Notes under the pieces: generated by a model | What the model saw: only the letters and a program-made list of their open reading frames with translations | The model's database searches: none | Told to the model about the DNA's origin: nothing | Source: an uncultured Actinomycetota bacterium | GTDB lineage: Bacteria > Actinomycetota > Actinomycetes > Actinomycetales > Microbacteriaceae | DNA length: 64,000 nt | Assembly: GCA_963701365.1 (NCBI GenBank) | Contig: CAVOZX010000027.1 | Coordinates: 8,998-72,997 of the forward strand | Reading direction: 5' to 3' | Shown here: piece by piece, positions 51,995 through 63,528 of the stretch | How positions within the stretch are numbered: position 1 is the stretch's first letter | Layout: every line of letters starts with the position of its first letter | Made by a program: the position numbers and the translations under genes

Positions 51995-52651
51995 ATGGGG
52001 GTGATCGGTGCGAACCTGGACCTGTGGGGGCAGACCCTGCTGGGCACCCTCATCCTGTTCGCCGGCGGCGGCGCACTGGCCCTGGTGCTGGGGACCGTCG
52101 TGGGAGCGATGCGGGTCTCGCCCGTGCCGGTGGCCCGGGCGGTGGGCACGGCGTACGTGAACACCATCCGGAACACGCCGCTGACGCTCGTGTTCTTCGG
52201 GTTCGCGTTCGCCCTGCCGCCGCTGCTCGGTCTGCGTCTGACGGCGGGGGTCTCGGTGACGCTCGCGATCTGCGCACTGGGGGTGTACACCGCGACGTAC
52301 GTGGCAGAGACCATCCGCTCGGGGATCAATACCGTGCCGGTCGGCCAGGCCGAGGCGGCGCGGGCGCTCGGCCTGACCTTCGGCCAGGTCATGGGCCTCG
52401 TCGTCCTCCCGCAGGCCTTCCGATCGGTGATCCCCCCGATGATGAGCGTCTTCATCGCGCTGCTGAAGAACACGACCGTCGCCGCCGGATTCTCGGTCGC
52501 GAACCTCGGGTCGTTGCGCGCGTACCTGAGTGAGCGCGGCGAGAACCAGTTCGTCGTCATCCTGTGGGTCATGGCGGTCTTCATCGTGCTCGTCCTCGCC
52601 CTGTCCTGGGCGCAGCGGACCCTCGAGGCGCGGTGGCGGGTGGCGCGATGA
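51995..52651 (+). CDS. gluC: Glutamate ABC transporter permease
   Basis: RNTPLTL, EAA loop GQAEAARALGL and LLKNT. Confidence 0.82.
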   Translation: MGVIGANLDLWGQTLLGTLILFAGGGALALVLGTVVGAMRVSPVPVARAVGTAYVNTIRNTPLTLVFFGFAFALPPLLGLRLTAGVSVTLAICALGVYTATYVAETIRSGINTVPVGQAEAARALGLTFGQVMGLVVLPQAFRSVIPPMMSVFIALLKNTTVAAGFSVANLGSLRAYLSERGENQFVVILWVMAVFIVLVLALSWAQRTLEARWRVAR

Positions 52652-53523
52652 GCACCGTCCTGTACGACGCACCCGGGCCGCGAGCGATCGCGCGCAACCG
52701 CGTTCTCGGCGTCCTGACGGTGCTCGTCGTCGCGGCCGCGATCGGATTCCTGCTGTGGCGGCTGGCCGCGACCGGCCAGTTCACCGCCGAGAAGTGGTCG
52801 GCGTTCACCTATACGCGGGTGTGGGTCGACCTCGGACTCGCGACGGCCCGCACCCTCGGCGCGTTCGCGGTCGCGGCGCTCGGAGCGCTGGCACTCGGAT
52901 TCGCGCTCGCCCTCGGGCGCCTCTCCGATCACCGGTGGCTGCGGGTTCCCGCGGGTGTCGCCGTCGAACTGCTCCGCGCGGTGCCCGTGCTGATCTTCAT
53001 GTTCCTGCTGTACTACGGCCTGCCCGTCCTCGGGGTGCGGATGTCGCCGTACTGGGCCGTGGTGATCGCGCTCATCGCCTACAACGGATCGGTCCTGGCC
53101 GAGGTGATCCGGGCCGGGGTGGAGGCGCTCCCGCGCGGCCAGAGCGAGGCCGGCTATGCGATCGGGCTCCGCAAGGCGGCGTTGATGAGGCTGGTGCTGC
53201 TGCCGCAGGCGATCCGGGCGATGATGCCCGTGATCATCGCGCAGCTGGTCGTCACGCTCAAGGACACCGCACTGGGTTTCATCATCACCTACCCGGAGCT
53301 TCTGTTCTACGCGAAGTACCTCGGCACCCAGTCGAGCCTGGACTCGCCCATCATCCCCGCCACCATCGTCGCGGGAACCGTGTACATCGGCCTGTGCCTG
53401 GCCCTGTCCGCGGTCGCCCTCGGCGTGGAGCGGCGTCTGCGTCGGACCACGCCGGGCGTCGCGTCCGCGCGCCAGCCCGTCCAGGAGATCACGGACACGG
53501 CCCTGATCGTGGCGCAGCGCTGA
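52648..53523 (+). CDS. gluD: Glutamate ABC transporter permease
   Basis: VLYDAPGPR, GQSEAGYAIGL and LKDTALG. Confidence 0.82.
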   Translation: MSTVLYDAPGPRAIARNRVLGVLTVLVVAAAIGFLLWRLAATGQFTAEKWSAFTYTRVWVDLGLATARTLGAFAVAALGALALGFALALGRLSDHRWLRVPAGVAVELLRAVPVLIFMFLLYYGLPVLGVRMSPYWAVVIALIAYNGSVLAEVIRAGVEALPRGQSEAGYAIGLRKAALMRLVLLPQAIRAMMPVIIAQLVVTLKDTALGFIITYPELLFYAKYLGTQSSLDSPIIPATIVAGTVYIGLCLALSAVALGVERRLRRTTPGVASARQPVQEITDTALIVAQR

Positions 53524-53564
53524 CCCGCGGGGCCGGCGCTGCCGGCTGGATAGACTTCACTCTC

Positions 53565-54602
53565 GTGTCCGGGATCACCATCACGCAGGAAGCGGTCGAC
53601 GAGGCGGTAGCCGCGGCGCTCGAGGCCGTCACGGCGGCAGGAGACTCGGCGCAGCTGCGGTCGGCGCGTTCGGAGCATGCGGGCGAGGGGTCCGTCCTCT
53701 CGCGCCTGAACGCGTCCCTGCGCTCGGTTCCCGCCGATCGCAAGGCGGAGCTGGGCCGGATGGTCGGTCAGGCCCGCGCCCGGGTGAACGCGGCGATCGC
53801 GGCCCGGGAGGCGGAGCTGACCGAACGGGAACGGAGCGCGAGGCTGGAGGCGGAGCGACTGGACGTCACCGCCGTGCCGGCCCGCACGCGCGTGGGCGCG
53901 CGCCACCCGCTGACGCTGATGCAGGAGGAGATCGGCGACATCTTCGTCGGGATGGGATGGGAGGTGGCGGAGGGGCCGGAACTGGAGCACGAGTGGTTCA
54001 ACTTCGACGCTCTCAACATCGGACCCGACCACCCCGCGCGGCAGATGCAGGACACGTTCTATGTCGCGCCCGCCGACCGCCACCTCGTGCTGCGGACCCA
54101 GACCAGTCCCGTGCAGATGCGCTCCATGCTCACCCGCGACCTGCCGATCTACATCATCTCCCCGGGCCGCGTGTACCGCACCGACGAGTACGACGCCACC
54201 CATCTGCCGGTGTTCAGCCAGTTCGAGGGACTCGTCGTGGACCGGGGCATCACCATGGCGCACCTGAAGGGGACCCTCGATCACGTCGCGCGGCAGCTGT
54301 TCGGAGAGCAGGCCCGCACCCGCTTCCGCGCGAACTACTTCCCGTTCACCGAGCCGAGCGCGGAACTGGATCTGTGGCATCCGACGTTCGCGGGCGGCCC
54401 GCGGTGGATCGAGTGGGGCGGGTGCGGAATGGTCAATCCGAACGTGCTGCGCGCCGCCGGCATCGACCCGGAGGTGCACTCCGGCTTCGCGTTCGGCATG
54501 GGCATCGAGCGGACGCTGATGTTCCGCAACGGCGTGCGGGACATGCGCGACATGGCCGAAGGGGACGTCCGCTTCAGCGAGCAGTTCGGGATGGTGGTCT
54601 GA
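53565..54602 (+). CDS. pheS: Phenylalanine--tRNA ligase alpha subunit
   Basis: NFDALN, HPARQMQDTF, RTQTSP, FPFTEPS and GFAFGMGIER. Confidence 0.96.
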   Translation: MSGITITQEAVDEAVAAALEAVTAAGDSAQLRSARSEHAGEGSVLSRLNASLRSVPADRKAELGRMVGQARARVNAAIAAREAELTERERSARLEAERLDVTAVPARTRVGARHPLTLMQEEIGDIFVGMGWEVAEGPELEHEWFNFDALNIGPDHPARQMQDTFYVAPADRHLVLRTQTSPVQMRSMLTRDLPIYIISPGRVYRTDEYDATHLPVFSQFEGLVVDRGITMAHLKGTLDHVARQLFGEQARTRFRANYFPFTEPSAELDLWHPTFAGGPRWIEWGGCGMVNPNVLRAAGIDPEVHSGFAFGMGIERTLMFRNGVRDMRDMAEGDVRFSEQFGMVV

Positions 54603-57103
54603 TGCGCGTGCCGCTGTCCTGGCTGCGCGACTACGTCGACGTGCCGGAGCACGCGACCGCCGAGGATGTCCTCGCGGCCCTGGTCTCCGTCGGCTTCGAA
54701 GAGGAGGACGTGCACCGCTTCGAGGTGACCGGCCCCGTCGTGGTCGGGCGCGTCCTCTCCTACGACGAGGAGCCGCAGTCCAACGGCAAGACCATCCGGT
54801 GGTGCCAGGTCGACGTCGGCACGGCGTCGGGCGGCGTGCGTGGCATCGTGTGCGGGGCGCGGAACTTCTCGGCGGGCGATCAGGTCGTGGTCGCCCTGCC
54901 CGGGTCGGTGCTTCCCGGACCGTTCCCGATCTCCGCGCGGCGGACCTACGGCCACATCTCCGACGGCATGATCGCCTCCGCGCGGGAACTGGGCATCGGC
55001 GAGGACCACACCGGCATCCTGCGGCTGGCCGAATGGGGCGTGGATGCGGCCGAGGGTGAGGACGCGATCGCCCTGCTGGGGCTGGCGGACGTGGCCGCGG
55101 AGGTCAACGTCACCCCCGACCGCGGCTACGCGCTCTCGATGCGCGGCATCGCCCGGGAGTACTCGCACGCGACCGGCGCGGCCTTCCGGGACCCGGGCGT
55201 TCTCGCGTCGGCGCCGTTGCTGCCGACCGGGTTCAGGCTCGCGATCGACGATTCCGCGCCCATCCGGGACAACCCCGGCGCCTCGCTCATGGTGCTGCGG
55301 GTGGTGCGCGGGGTGGACCCGGGACGGCCCACGCCTCCCTGGATGATCTCGCGGCTGCGCCTGGCCGGCATGAGATCGCTGGGGGTTCTCGTCGACATCA
55401 CGAACTACGTCATGCTCGAACTGGGCAACCCCATCCACGGCTACGACCTCGGCGTTGTGCGCGGCGGGATCGTCGTGCGCCGGGCCCGTCCCGGCGAGAC
55501 CCTCACCACGCTCGACGGGCAGTCACGCGGCCTGGACCCCGAGGACCTGGTCATCGCCGACGATTCGGGCGCGATCGGACTGGCCGGAGTGATGGGCGGG
55601 GCTGCGACGGAGATGTCCGCGGCCACCCGCGACGTCCTCATCGAGGCGGCGGTGTTCGACCCGGCGAGCATCGCCCGCACCGCCCGTCGCCACAAGCTGC
55701 CGTCGGAGGCGTCCCGGCGCTTCGAACGCGGCGTCGACCCCGCCGTGTCCGCGGTCGCCGCGGAACGGGTGGTCGACCTGATGGTCCGCTACGCCGGCGG
55801 CCGGCCGGATCCGCTCGGAGCCGTCGCAGGCGCGCCCGTCGCGCTCGCACCCATCCGACTGGCTCCGCGGTTCGTGCCCGACCTGATCGGGGTCGACTAC
55901 ACGGCCCACCAGATCCGAGGCGCGCTGGAGATGATCGGATGCTCGGTGTCCGAGGGCGCCGACTCCTGGACGGTGCAGCCCCCGACCTGGCGGCCCGACC
56001 TCGTCGACGGATGGACCCTCGCCGAGGAGGTCGCCCGGATCACCGGGTACGACCGGATCCCCTCCGTGCTTCCCGACCCCCCGCCCGGTCGCGGCTGGAC
56101 GGAGCAGCAGCGGGGCCGTCGCCGGGTCGCGAACGCCCTGGCCGCCGCAGGGTACGTCGAGACCCCCTCGTTCCCGTTCGTCTCCCCCGAGGACAACACC
56201 CGCTTCGCCTCCGCGTCCGGGGACCCGGTCCCCTCCGTGATCCTGGCCAATCCGATGGATTCGCACGCCGCGGCGCTGAGACGATCCCTCATCCCCGGCA
56301 TGCTGCAGGTCGCGCACCGCAACATGGCCCGCGGCATGACCGATCTGGCACTGTTCGAGATCGGCGAAGTGTTCCTCCCCGAGTCCGGTGTGGACTACGG
56401 CACTCCGGACGTGCCGCCGCCGGCGGGGCGGCCCGCGACCGCCGCACTCGACCGGCTGGATGCGGCGATCCCGCCGCAGCGCAGGCACATCGCGGTGCTC
56501 GTCACGGGCTCGTCCTCGCCGCGCCGCCCCGGACGCGCCCCGGAGCCGGCCGGCCTGCCCGACGTGCGGGCCGCGGTCGAGGTCGTCGCCGCAGCCGCGG
56601 GCCGGCGCGTGAGCGTGCGTCAGACCGAACGATCAGCGCTGCATCCCGGTCGCGCCGGACGACTGTCGGTCGACGGCGTGGATGTCGGCTACCTCGGAGA
56701 ACTGCACCCGGCCGTGAGCGCGGCGGCCGACCTGCCGGGACGGGTCACCGTCGCCGAACTGGATCTGGACCTGCTGCTGAGCCTGCCCGGGGGCCCGGTC
56801 GCGGCATCCGCGATCTCGGACTACCCGGCCGCCACGCAGGACGTGTCGCTGGTGATGTCCGCCGCCGTTCCCGCGGCGGAGGCCGAGGCGGCCTTCCGCG
56901 ACGGCGCGGGACCGCTGCTCGAGTCGATCCGGCTCGTCGACGACTACCGGGGGGGCGGGATCCCCGACGGGAGCAAGAGCATCACCTTCGCGCTGCGGTT
57001 CCGCGCACCCGACCGCACCCTGACGGCGGCGGAGGCTACGGCGGCGAAGCTCGCCGGCGTGGCGGAGGCTGCGGCGCGGGTGGGCGCCGCCGCGCGGGAG
57101 TGA
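54602..57103 (+). CDS. pheT: Phenylalanine--tRNA ligase beta subunit
   Basis: MRVPLSWLRDYV, IVCGARN, TPDRGYALS, FERGVD, EEVARI and FRAPDRTLT. Confidence 0.95.
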   Translation: MRVPLSWLRDYVDVPEHATAEDVLAALVSVGFEEEDVHRFEVTGPVVVGRVLSYDEEPQSNGKTIRWCQVDVGTASGGVRGIVCGARNFSAGDQVVVALPGSVLPGPFPISARRTYGHISDGMIASARELGIGEDHTGILRLAEWGVDAAEGEDAIALLGLADVAAEVNVTPDRGYALSMRGIAREYSHATGAAFRDPGVLASAPLLPTGFRLAIDDSAPIRDNPGASLMVLRVVRGVDPGRPTPPWMISRLRLAGMRSLGVLVDITNYVMLELGNPIHGYDLGVVRGGIVVRRARPGETLTTLDGQSRGLDPEDLVIADDSGAIGLAGVMGGAATEMSAATRDVLIEAAVFDPASIARTARRHKLPSEASRRFERGVDPAVSAVAAERVVDLMVRYAGGRPDPLGAVAGAPVALAPIRLAPRFVPDLIGVDYTAHQIRGALEMIGCSVSEGADSWTVQPPTWRPDLVDGWTLAEEVARITGYDRIPSVLPDPPPGRGWTEQQRGRRRVANALAAAGYVETPSFPFVSPEDNTRFASASGDPVPSVILANPMDSHAAALRRSLIPGMLQVAHRNMARGMTDLALFEIGEVFLPESGVDYGTPDVPPPAGRPATAALDRLDAAIPPQRRHIAVLVTGSSSPRRPGRAPEPAGLPDVRAAVEVVAAAAGRRVSVRQTERSALHPGRAGRLSVDGVDVGYLGELHPAVSAAADLPGRVTVAELDLDLLLSLPGGPVAASAISDYPAATQDVSLVMSAAVPAAEAEAAFRDGAGPLLESIRLVDDYRGGGIPDGSKSITFALRFRAPDRTLTAAEATAAKLAGVAEAAARVGAAARE

Positions 57104-57137
57104 TCGGCTCCCCGATCGCCGACTCTAAGGTGGATCC

Positions 57138-58184
57138 ATGACCTTCTCGGTCGCCGTCGCGGGCGCCTCCGGCTACGCCGGAGGCGAAGTGCTGCGCCTG
57201 CTGGCCGGCCATCCCGACGTCGCGGTGACCACCGTCACCGCTCACAGCCACGTGGGCGATCCTCTGATCGCGCACCACCCGCACCTGCGCTCCCTGCGCG
57301 ACCGGACGCTGGTCGAGACCTCGCCCGAGACGCTCGCCGGGCACGACGTGGTCATCCTCGCCCTGCCGCACGGCCAGTCGGCGCGGTACACGGACGTGCT
57401 CGCGGCGACCCCGCTGGTGGTGGATGCCGGAGCCGACCATCGCCTCGCGGATCGCGCGGACTGGGACGCGTTCTACGGAGGCCCGTTCGCGGAGCCGTGG
57501 ACCTATGGTGTGCCGGAGCTCCCGGTCGCCAGCGGCAAGCAGCGGGACGCGCTCGTCGGCGCGACCCGCATCGCGGCCCCCGGATGCAACGCGTCCACCG
57601 TCAGCCTGAGCATGGCTCCCGGCGTGTCCGCCGGCGTGATCGACCCGTCCGACATCGTCAGCGTGCTGGCCGTCGGTCCCTCCGGCGCCGGCAGATCCCC
57701 GAAGCCGCACCTGCTGGCGGCGGAGATCCTCGGCAGCGCGAATCCCTACGCGGTCGGCGGGACCCACCGGCACATCCCCGAGATCCGCCAGGCGCTGCGT
57801 GCGGCGGGCGCGACCGGCGCGATCCGCATCTCCTTCACCCCCGTGATCGTGCCCATGGCACGCGGAATCCTCGCCACCACCAGCGCGCCGATCCGCGCGG
57901 GCGCATCCGACGAGGACATCCTCGGCGCCTGGCGGCAGGCGTACGAGGAGGAGCCGTTCGTGCAGGTCCTGGAGGCCGGATCGTTCCCGAGGGTCGCCGA
58001 TGTGCTGGGGGCGAACACGGCGTTGATCGGACTGGCGATCGACCGCGCCGCCGGCCGCGTGGTCGCTGTCGCCGCGGTCGACAATCTCGTCAAGGGCACC
58101 GCCGGGGCCGCGATCCAGTCGATGAACATCGCCCTCGGCCTCCCCGAGGACCGTGGACTGAGCGTGGACGGGCTGGCGCCGTGA
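57138..58184 (+). CDS. argC: N-acetyl-gamma-glutamyl-phosphate reductase
   Basis: GASGYAG, ALPHG, PGCN, SGAG, HRHIPEI and DNLVKGTAG. Confidence 0.95.
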   Translation: MTFSVAVAGASGYAGGEVLRLLAGHPDVAVTTVTAHSHVGDPLIAHHPHLRSLRDRTLVETSPETLAGHDVVILALPHGQSARYTDVLAATPLVVDAGADHRLADRADWDAFYGGPFAEPWTYGVPELPVASGKQRDALVGATRIAAPGCNASTVSLSMAPGVSAGVIDPSDIVSVLAVGPSGAGRSPKPHLLAAEILGSANPYAVGGTHRHIPEIRQALRAAGATGAIRISFTPVIVPMARGILATTSAPIRAGASDEDILGAWRQAYEEEPFVQVLEAGSFPRVADVLGANTALIGLAIDRAAGRVVAVAAVDNLVKGTAGAAIQSMNIALGLPEDRGLSVDGLAP

Positions 58185-59338
58185 GCGTGACGGCGGCGGC
58201 CGGTTTCGAGGCCGCGGGTGTCGCGGCGGGGCTGAAGTCCCGCGGCGGCCGCGATGTCGCGCTCGTGGTGAACCGGGGGCCCCGGAAGGTCGGCGCCGCG
58301 GTCTTCACCGGCAACCGTGCGAAGGCGAACCCGGTGCTGTGGTCGGAGCGGGCCGTCCGCGACGGCGTGGTCGAGGCGGTGGTGCTCAACTCCGGCGGGG
58401 CGAACTGCTTCACCGGAGCGTTCGGGTTCCAGACCGCGCACCGCACCGCCGAGCGCGCCGCGGACCTGCTGGGCGTCAGCACGGGCGACGTGCTGGTGTG
58501 CTCCACGGGACTGATCGGCACCGGCGACCAGTCCTTCCGGGACGCGGTGCTGCGTGGGGTGGAGGACGCCGTCCCCGCGCTCTCCCGCGAGGGTGGTGAC
58601 GCTGCGGCCGAGGCGATCATGACCACCGACACGGTCCCCAAGCGCTCCCAGGTCGCACGCGACGGATGGACCGTGGGCGGCATGGCGAAGGGCGCCGGGA
58701 TGCTCGCGCCCGGGCTCGCGACGATGCTCGTGGTGGTCACGACCGACGCGCTGCTCGAGCCGGTTGACGCGGACGCGGCGCTCCGCGCTGCCACCCGGGT
58801 GACCTTCGACCGGCTCGACTCCGACGGCTGCATGTCCACGAACGATCAGGTCACTCTGATGGCCAGCGGCGCCTCCGGCATCCGTCCCCGGACGGAGGAG
58901 TTCCGGGAGGCGCTGACGCAGGTCTGCGGTGACCTGGCGCGCCAGCTCCAGGCCGACGCCGAAGGCGCCAGCCATGACATCGCGATCGTGGTCGAGGGGG
59001 CCGTCGACGAGGACGACGCCGTCGAGGTCGGACGAGCCGTGGCCCGCAACGCCCTGGTCAAGACCGCCGTGTTCGGGAACGATCCGAACTGGGGGCGCGT
59101 GCTCGCCGCGATCGGAACGACGACCGCGCGATTCGACCCGTATGAGGTCGACGTGTGGATGAACGGCGTGCGCGTGTGCTCCGGAGGCGAGCCGGACCGG
59201 CCGCGGGACGAGGTGGATCTGACGCCGAGGGCCACGCGTGTGATCATCGATCTGAAGGCCGGCGAAGCCTCCGCCACCATCCTCACCAACGACCTCACCC
59301 ACGCGTACGTGCACGAGAACAGCGCCTACTCCTCATGA
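58181..59338 (+). CDS. argJ: Glutamate N-acetyltransferase/ornithine acetyltransferase
   Basis: [31 protein letters not shown] and DPNWGR. Confidence 0.95.
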   Translation: MSVTAAAGFEAAGVAAGLKSRGGRDVALVVNRGPRKVGAAVFTGNRAKANPVLWSERAVRDGVVEAVVLNSGGANCFTGAFGFQTAHRTAERAADLLGVSTGDVLVCSTGLIGTGDQSFRDAVLRGVEDAVPALSREGGDAAAEAIMTTDTVPKRSQVARDGWTVGGMAKGAGMLAPGLATMLVVVTTDALLEPVDADAALRAATRVTFDRLDSDGCMSTNDQVTLMASGASGIRPRTEEFREALTQVCGDLARQLQADAEGASHDIAIVVEGAVDEDDAVEVGRAVARNALVKTAVFGNDPNWGRVLAAIGTTTARFDPYEVDVWMNGVRVCSGGEPDRPRDEVDLTPRATRVIIDLKAGEASATILTNDLTHAYVHENSAYSS

Positions 59339-60240
59339 CCGGGATCGACCTGCAGGACACCGACCCCGACGAGGCGGCCGCGAAGGCCGCCGCCCTCATC
59401 GAGTCGCTGCCGTGGCTGCGCCGGTTCCACGACCGGATCGTGGTGGTGAAGTACGGCGGCAACGCGATGGTGTCCGAGGAGCTGCAGGACGCGTTCGCCG
59501 CCGACGTCGCCTACTTGCGCTATGTCGGGGTCAAACCCGTGGTCGTCCACGGCGGGGGACCGCAGATCTCCTCCATGCTGGAGCGGCTGGACATCCCCAG
59601 CGAATTCAAGGGCGGGTACCGGGTGACCTCCACGGAGGCGATCGGGGTGGTGCGGATGGTGCTCACCGGGCAGATCAACCCCCAGCTGGTCGCGAAGATC
59701 AACGCGCACGGGCCGGTGGCCGCGGGGCTGTCGGGGGAGGATGCGGGACTGTTCTCCGGCCGCCGGCGCGGGGTCACGGTCGACGGGGTGGAGCACGATC
59801 TGGGTCGGGTGGGCGACGTGGTGGCGGTGGACCCCCGGCCCGTGCTGGATCAGATCGAGGCCGGGCGCATCCCCGTCGTGTCCTCGATCGCGCCGGACGC
59901 GGATCGGCCCGGAAGCTCGCTGAACGTGAACGCCGACGCGGCCGCGGCGGCCCTGGCGGTGGCGCTGCACGCCGGGAAGCTGGTGGTGCTCACCGACGTG
60001 GCGGGCCTGTACGCCGACTGGCCGCGACGCGATTCGCTGGTCTCGAGCCTCACCGCCCAGGAGCTGCGCGCCCTGATGCCGCGCCTGGAGTCGGGGATGA
60101 TCCCGAAGATGCAGGCGTGCCTGGACGCGGTCGAAGGGGGCGTGCCCAGCGCCGCCATCATCGACGGCCGCATCCCGCACTCCGTGCTCGTGGAACTGTT
60201 CACCCAGAAGGGGATCGGCACGGAGGTGGTGGCGGGATGA
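59335..60240 (+). CDS. argB: Acetylglutamate kinase
   Basis: [21 protein letters not shown] and GMIPK. Confidence 0.95.
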   Translation: MTGIDLQDTDPDEAAAKAAALIESLPWLRRFHDRIVVVKYGGNAMVSEELQDAFAADVAYLRYVGVKPVVVHGGGPQISSMLERLDIPSEFKGGYRVTSTEAIGVVRMVLTGQINPQLVAKINAHGPVAAGLSGEDAGLFSGRRRGVTVDGVEHDLGRVGDVVAVDPRPVLDQIEAGRIPVVSSIAPDADRPGSSLNVNADAAAAALAVALHAGKLVVLTDVAGLYADWPRRDSLVSSLTAQELRALMPRLESGMIPKMQACLDAVEGGVPSAAIIDGRIPHSVLVELFTQKGIGTEVVAG

Positions 60241-61469
60241 TCGGAACCGGCGGATGGCGGGCGGATGCTGCGCGGGACCTGATGCGGAACACGGGCGAGC
60301 GCGCAGCCCTGTTCGTCCGCGGCGAGGGCGCGCACCTGTGGGACGCGGACGGGCGCAGGTACCTCGACTTCCTGGCGGGCATCGCCGTGGACTCCCTCGG
60401 CCACGCTCATCCCGCCTTCGTCGCGGCGGTCACCGCGCAGGCGGCGACGCTCGCCCATGTGTCGAACTACTTCGCGACACCGCCGCAGCTGGCCCTGGCC
60501 GCCCGCCTCAAGCGACTGGCGGGAACGGGGTCGTCGGGCCGGGTGTTCTTCGGGAACTCCGGCGCCGAGGCCAATGAGGCCGCGTTCAAGCTGGCGCGTC
60601 TTCACGGCGGCGCGGAGCGCCCCCGCATCCTGGCCCTCCGCGGCGCCTTCCACGGTCGCACCATGGGCACGCTGGCGCTGACGGGCAAGCCCGCCATGCG
60701 GGAGCCGTTCGAGCCGATGGTGCCGGGCGTGGAGTTCATCGAATCCACGCTGGAGGCCCTCGCCGACGCTCTCGACGACCGCGTCGCCGCGCTGTTCGTG
60801 GAGCCGATCCAGGGCGAGGCCGGCGTCGTCGAACTCCCCGACGGGTACCTTCCGGGCGCCCGCGACCTCACTCGCCGTCACGGGTCGCTGCTCATCGTCG
60901 ACGAGGTCCAGACCGGTGCCGGTCGCACGGGGGAGTGGTTCGCCTTCCAGCACGACGGTATCGAACCCGATGCGATCACGGTCGCCAAGGGGATCGGCGG
61001 CGGCTTCCCGATCGGGGCGCTCATCACCTTCGGCGCCGCCGGGGACCTGTTCTCGCCGGGCACGCACGGCTCCACCTTCGGCGGGAACGCCTTGGCCACC
61101 GCGGTCGCCGACGCGGTGCTCACTGAGATCGAGCGGGCGGACCTCGTGTCGGCCGCGGCCGACCGCGGCGCCCAGGTGCGCGCCGCGGTCGCCGGAATCG
61201 GGTCGCCGCTGGTCGGCGGCGTGCGCGGTCGGGGGCTGCTGCTCGGCGTCGCGCTGACCCGCCCGGTCGCCGTGGACCTCGCTGCCGCCGCCCTCGAGCG
61301 GGGCCTGGTCGTGAACGCCGCCAACGACTCGACCATCCGGCTCGCGCCGCCGCTGATCATCGGCGACGCCGAGATCGACGAGTTCGCGGAACTGTTCGCC
61401 ACGGCGTTGCGGGCCGTCGAGGTCGCCGAACCGGCGGCTGCGGCCCGCGCGGCGGGACGGCCGGCATGA
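60237..61469 (+). CDS. argD: Acetylornithine aminotransferase
   Basis: [21 protein letters not shown] and AKGIGGG. Confidence 0.93.
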   Translation: MIGTGGWRADAARDLMRNTGERAALFVRGEGAHLWDADGRRYLDFLAGIAVDSLGHAHPAFVAAVTAQAATLAHVSNYFATPPQLALAARLKRLAGTGSSGRVFFGNSGAEANEAAFKLARLHGGAERPRILALRGAFHGRTMGTLALTGKPAMREPFEPMVPGVEFIESTLEALADALDDRVAALFVEPIQGEAGVVELPDGYLPGARDLTRRHGSLLIVDEVQTGAGRTGEWFAFQHDGIEPDAITVAKGIGGGFPIGALITFGAAGDLFSPGTHGSTFGGNALATAVADAVLTEIERADLVSAAADRGAQVRAAVAGIGSPLVGGVRGRGLLLGVALTRPVAVDLAAAALERGLVVNAANDSTIRLAPPLIIGDAEIDEFAELFATALRAVEVAEPAAAARAAGRPA

Positions 61470-62389
61470 CCCGTCATCTGCTGCGCGACGACGATCTGAC
61501 CCCCGCGGAGCAGGCGGAGATCCTCGACCTGGCGGCGGCGCTGAAGGCGGACCGGTGGAAGCTGACTCCGCTGGCCGGACCGCAGACGGTCGCCGTCATC
61601 TTCGACAAGTCCTCCACGCGCACCCGGGTGTCGTTCGCGGTCGGCATCGCCGATCTGGGGGGATCCCCGCTCATCATCTCCACCGCCAACAGTCAGCTGG
61701 GGGGCAAGGAGACTCCCGCCGACACGGCCCGGGTGCTGGAGCGGCAGGTCGCCGCGATCGTGTGGCGCACCTACGCCCAGGCGGGACTGGAGGAGATGGC
61801 GCGCGGCACCAGGGTCCCGGTCGTGAACGCTCTCAGCGACGACTTCCACCCCTGCCAGCTGCTCGCCGACCTGCTCACCATCCGCGAGCACAAGGGCGAC
61901 CTGCCGGGCCTGACGCTGGCCTTCTTCGGGGACGGCCGCTCGAACATGGCCCAGTCCTACGCGCTCGCCGGCGCCACCGCCGGCATGCACGTGCGCATCG
62001 CCTCGCCCGCCGCCTACGCGCCGCGCGCCGACGTCCTCGCCGACGCGCAACGACGGGCGGCGGACACCGGCGGTTCGGTGGCGATCGTCGAGGACCCGGC
62101 CAGGGCCGCGGCCGGCGCCGATGTGATCGTCACCGACACCTGGGTGTCCATGGGCAAGGAGGAGGAGAAGGCGGCGCGGCTGCGGGACCTCACCGCGTAC
62201 AAGGTCACCGCCGAGACCATGGCGCGCGCCGACTCCGCCGCCGTGTTCATCCACTGCCTGCCGGCCGACCGGGGCTACGAAGTCGACGCCGAGGTGATCG
62301 ACGGCGCGCAGAGCGTCGTGTGGGACGAGGCGGAGAACCGCCTCCACGCCCAGAAGGCCCTGCTGGTGTGGCTGCTCCGGCAGGACTGA
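61466..62389 (+). CDS. argF: Ornithine carbamoyltransferase
   Basis: SSTRTR, HPCQLLAD, DTWVSMG and HCLP. Confidence 0.95.
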   Translation: MTRHLLRDDDLTPAEQAEILDLAAALKADRWKLTPLAGPQTVAVIFDKSSTRTRVSFAVGIADLGGSPLIISTANSQLGGKETPADTARVLERQVAAIVWRTYAQAGLEEMARGTRVPVVNALSDDFHPCQLLADLLTIREHKGDLPGLTLAFFGDGRSNMAQSYALAGATAGMHVRIASPAAYAPRADVLADAQRRAADTGGSVAIVEDPARAAAGADVIVTDTWVSMGKEEEKAARLRDLTAYKVTAETMARADSAAVFIHCLPADRGYEVDAEVIDGAQSVVWDEAENRLHAQKALLVWLLRQD

Positions 62390-63519
62390 CCCCCACCGGC
62401 GGGACCCCGCCCGCCTGTCGGCGACTGCTGGCCGCGAACCGGCTCGGCGGGATCGACCTCGCACGCGGGCTCGCCGTGATCGGGATGGTCGCCGCGCACC
62501 TGCTCGTGATCCCGCCGCTGCGCTGGGACGATCCGGGCACGTGGGCGGATGTCGTCAACGGCCGATCCTCCATCCTGTTCGCCGTGCTGGCGGGGATCTC
62601 GATAGCGCTCACCACCGGGGGCCGGGTTCCGGTGGCCGGGGATGCGGCCGGCGCGGCGCGCCGACGGCTGGCGGTGCGGGCCGGACTGCTGTGGATGCTC
62701 GGGATCGCCCTCACGCTCACGGGCGTGCCCGTCTACGTCATCCTGCCGGCCTACGCGATCCTCTTCCTCGTCGCCGCACTGGTGGTCACCTGGTCGGCGC
62801 GCGCGCTGCTGGTCGCCGGCGCGGTCGGAGCTCTGGCCGCCCCGTGGCTGCAGGCGTGGCTGGGGCTGCTGCCCTGGTGGGAGTCCCCGGGCGGGGAGGC
62901 CGTCGCCCTGCTGATCGGGTGGGCCTACCCGTTCCCGCTGTGGTGGGTGTTCGTCGTCGTCGGCATGGGTGTCGGTCGCCTCCCGATCCGTCGCACCCGG
63001 ACGCAGGCTCTGCTGCTGGGCGCAGGCGTCCTGACGGCGTTCGTCGGGTACGGTGCCGCAGCGCTCATCGGCCGCGGGGTCGACCCCGCTCCCGGGCGAG
63101 GTCGCGACACCGGCGACTACCTCGACGTGGTGGCGAGCGCCGCGGCGCACTCCGGCGGGGTGCCGGAGGTGGTGGGCTCGACCGGAGTCGCGGTCGCGGT
63201 GGTCGCCGCGTGCCTGCTCGCGTGCCGCGGCATCCCCGGTCTGATCCTGCTGCCGCTGCGCGCAACCGGCAGCATGCCGCTGACCGCCTACACCGCGCAG
63301 ATCGTGGTGTGGGCGGTGTGGGCGTTCGCGGCATTGGGTGAGACCGGCGACCTGGCCGGCTTCCGCGCGCTCGACCCGTTCCTGCCGATGACGGCGGGTC
63401 TGATCGTCGCGTGCACCGCGTGGGCGCTCGGCGTCGGGCGCGGACCGGTGGAGACGATCATGAACCGGGCGCTCCAGGCGGCGGTGCCGGCATCCGGTGC
63501 GCCCGCACGCGGCGGCTAG
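62368..63519 (+). CDS. DUF418/HGSNAT-like multi-TM membrane protein
   Basis: RLGGIDLARGLAVIGM, GRSSILFAVLAG, GSMPLTAY and RGPVE; start uncertain (GTG 62368 inside argF). Confidence 0.75.
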   Translation: MAAPAGLTPTGGTPPACRRLLAANRLGGIDLARGLAVIGMVAAHLLVIPPLRWDDPGTWADVVNGRSSILFAVLAGISIALTTGGRVPVAGDAAGAARRRLAVRAGLLWMLGIALTLTGVPVYVILPAYAILFLVAALVVTWSARALLVAGAVGALAAPWLQAWLGLLPWWESPGGEAVALLIGWAYPFPLWWVFVVVGMGVGRLPIRRTRTQALLLGAGVLTAFVGYGAAALIGRGVDPAPGRGRDTGDYLDVVASAAAHSGGVPEVVGSTGVAVAVVAACLLACRGIPGLILLPLRATGSMPLTAYTAQIVVWAVWAFAALGETGDLAGFRALDPFLPMTAGLIVACTAWALGVGRGPVETIMNRALQAAVPASGAPARGG

Positions 63520-63528
63520 GCTGGCTCG

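Noticed and set aside
61555-63519. argF-membrane protein frameshift fusion
   Set aside because: argF has an intact C-terminus and stop, and there is no slippery sequence. The long upstream open frame is a GC artefact.
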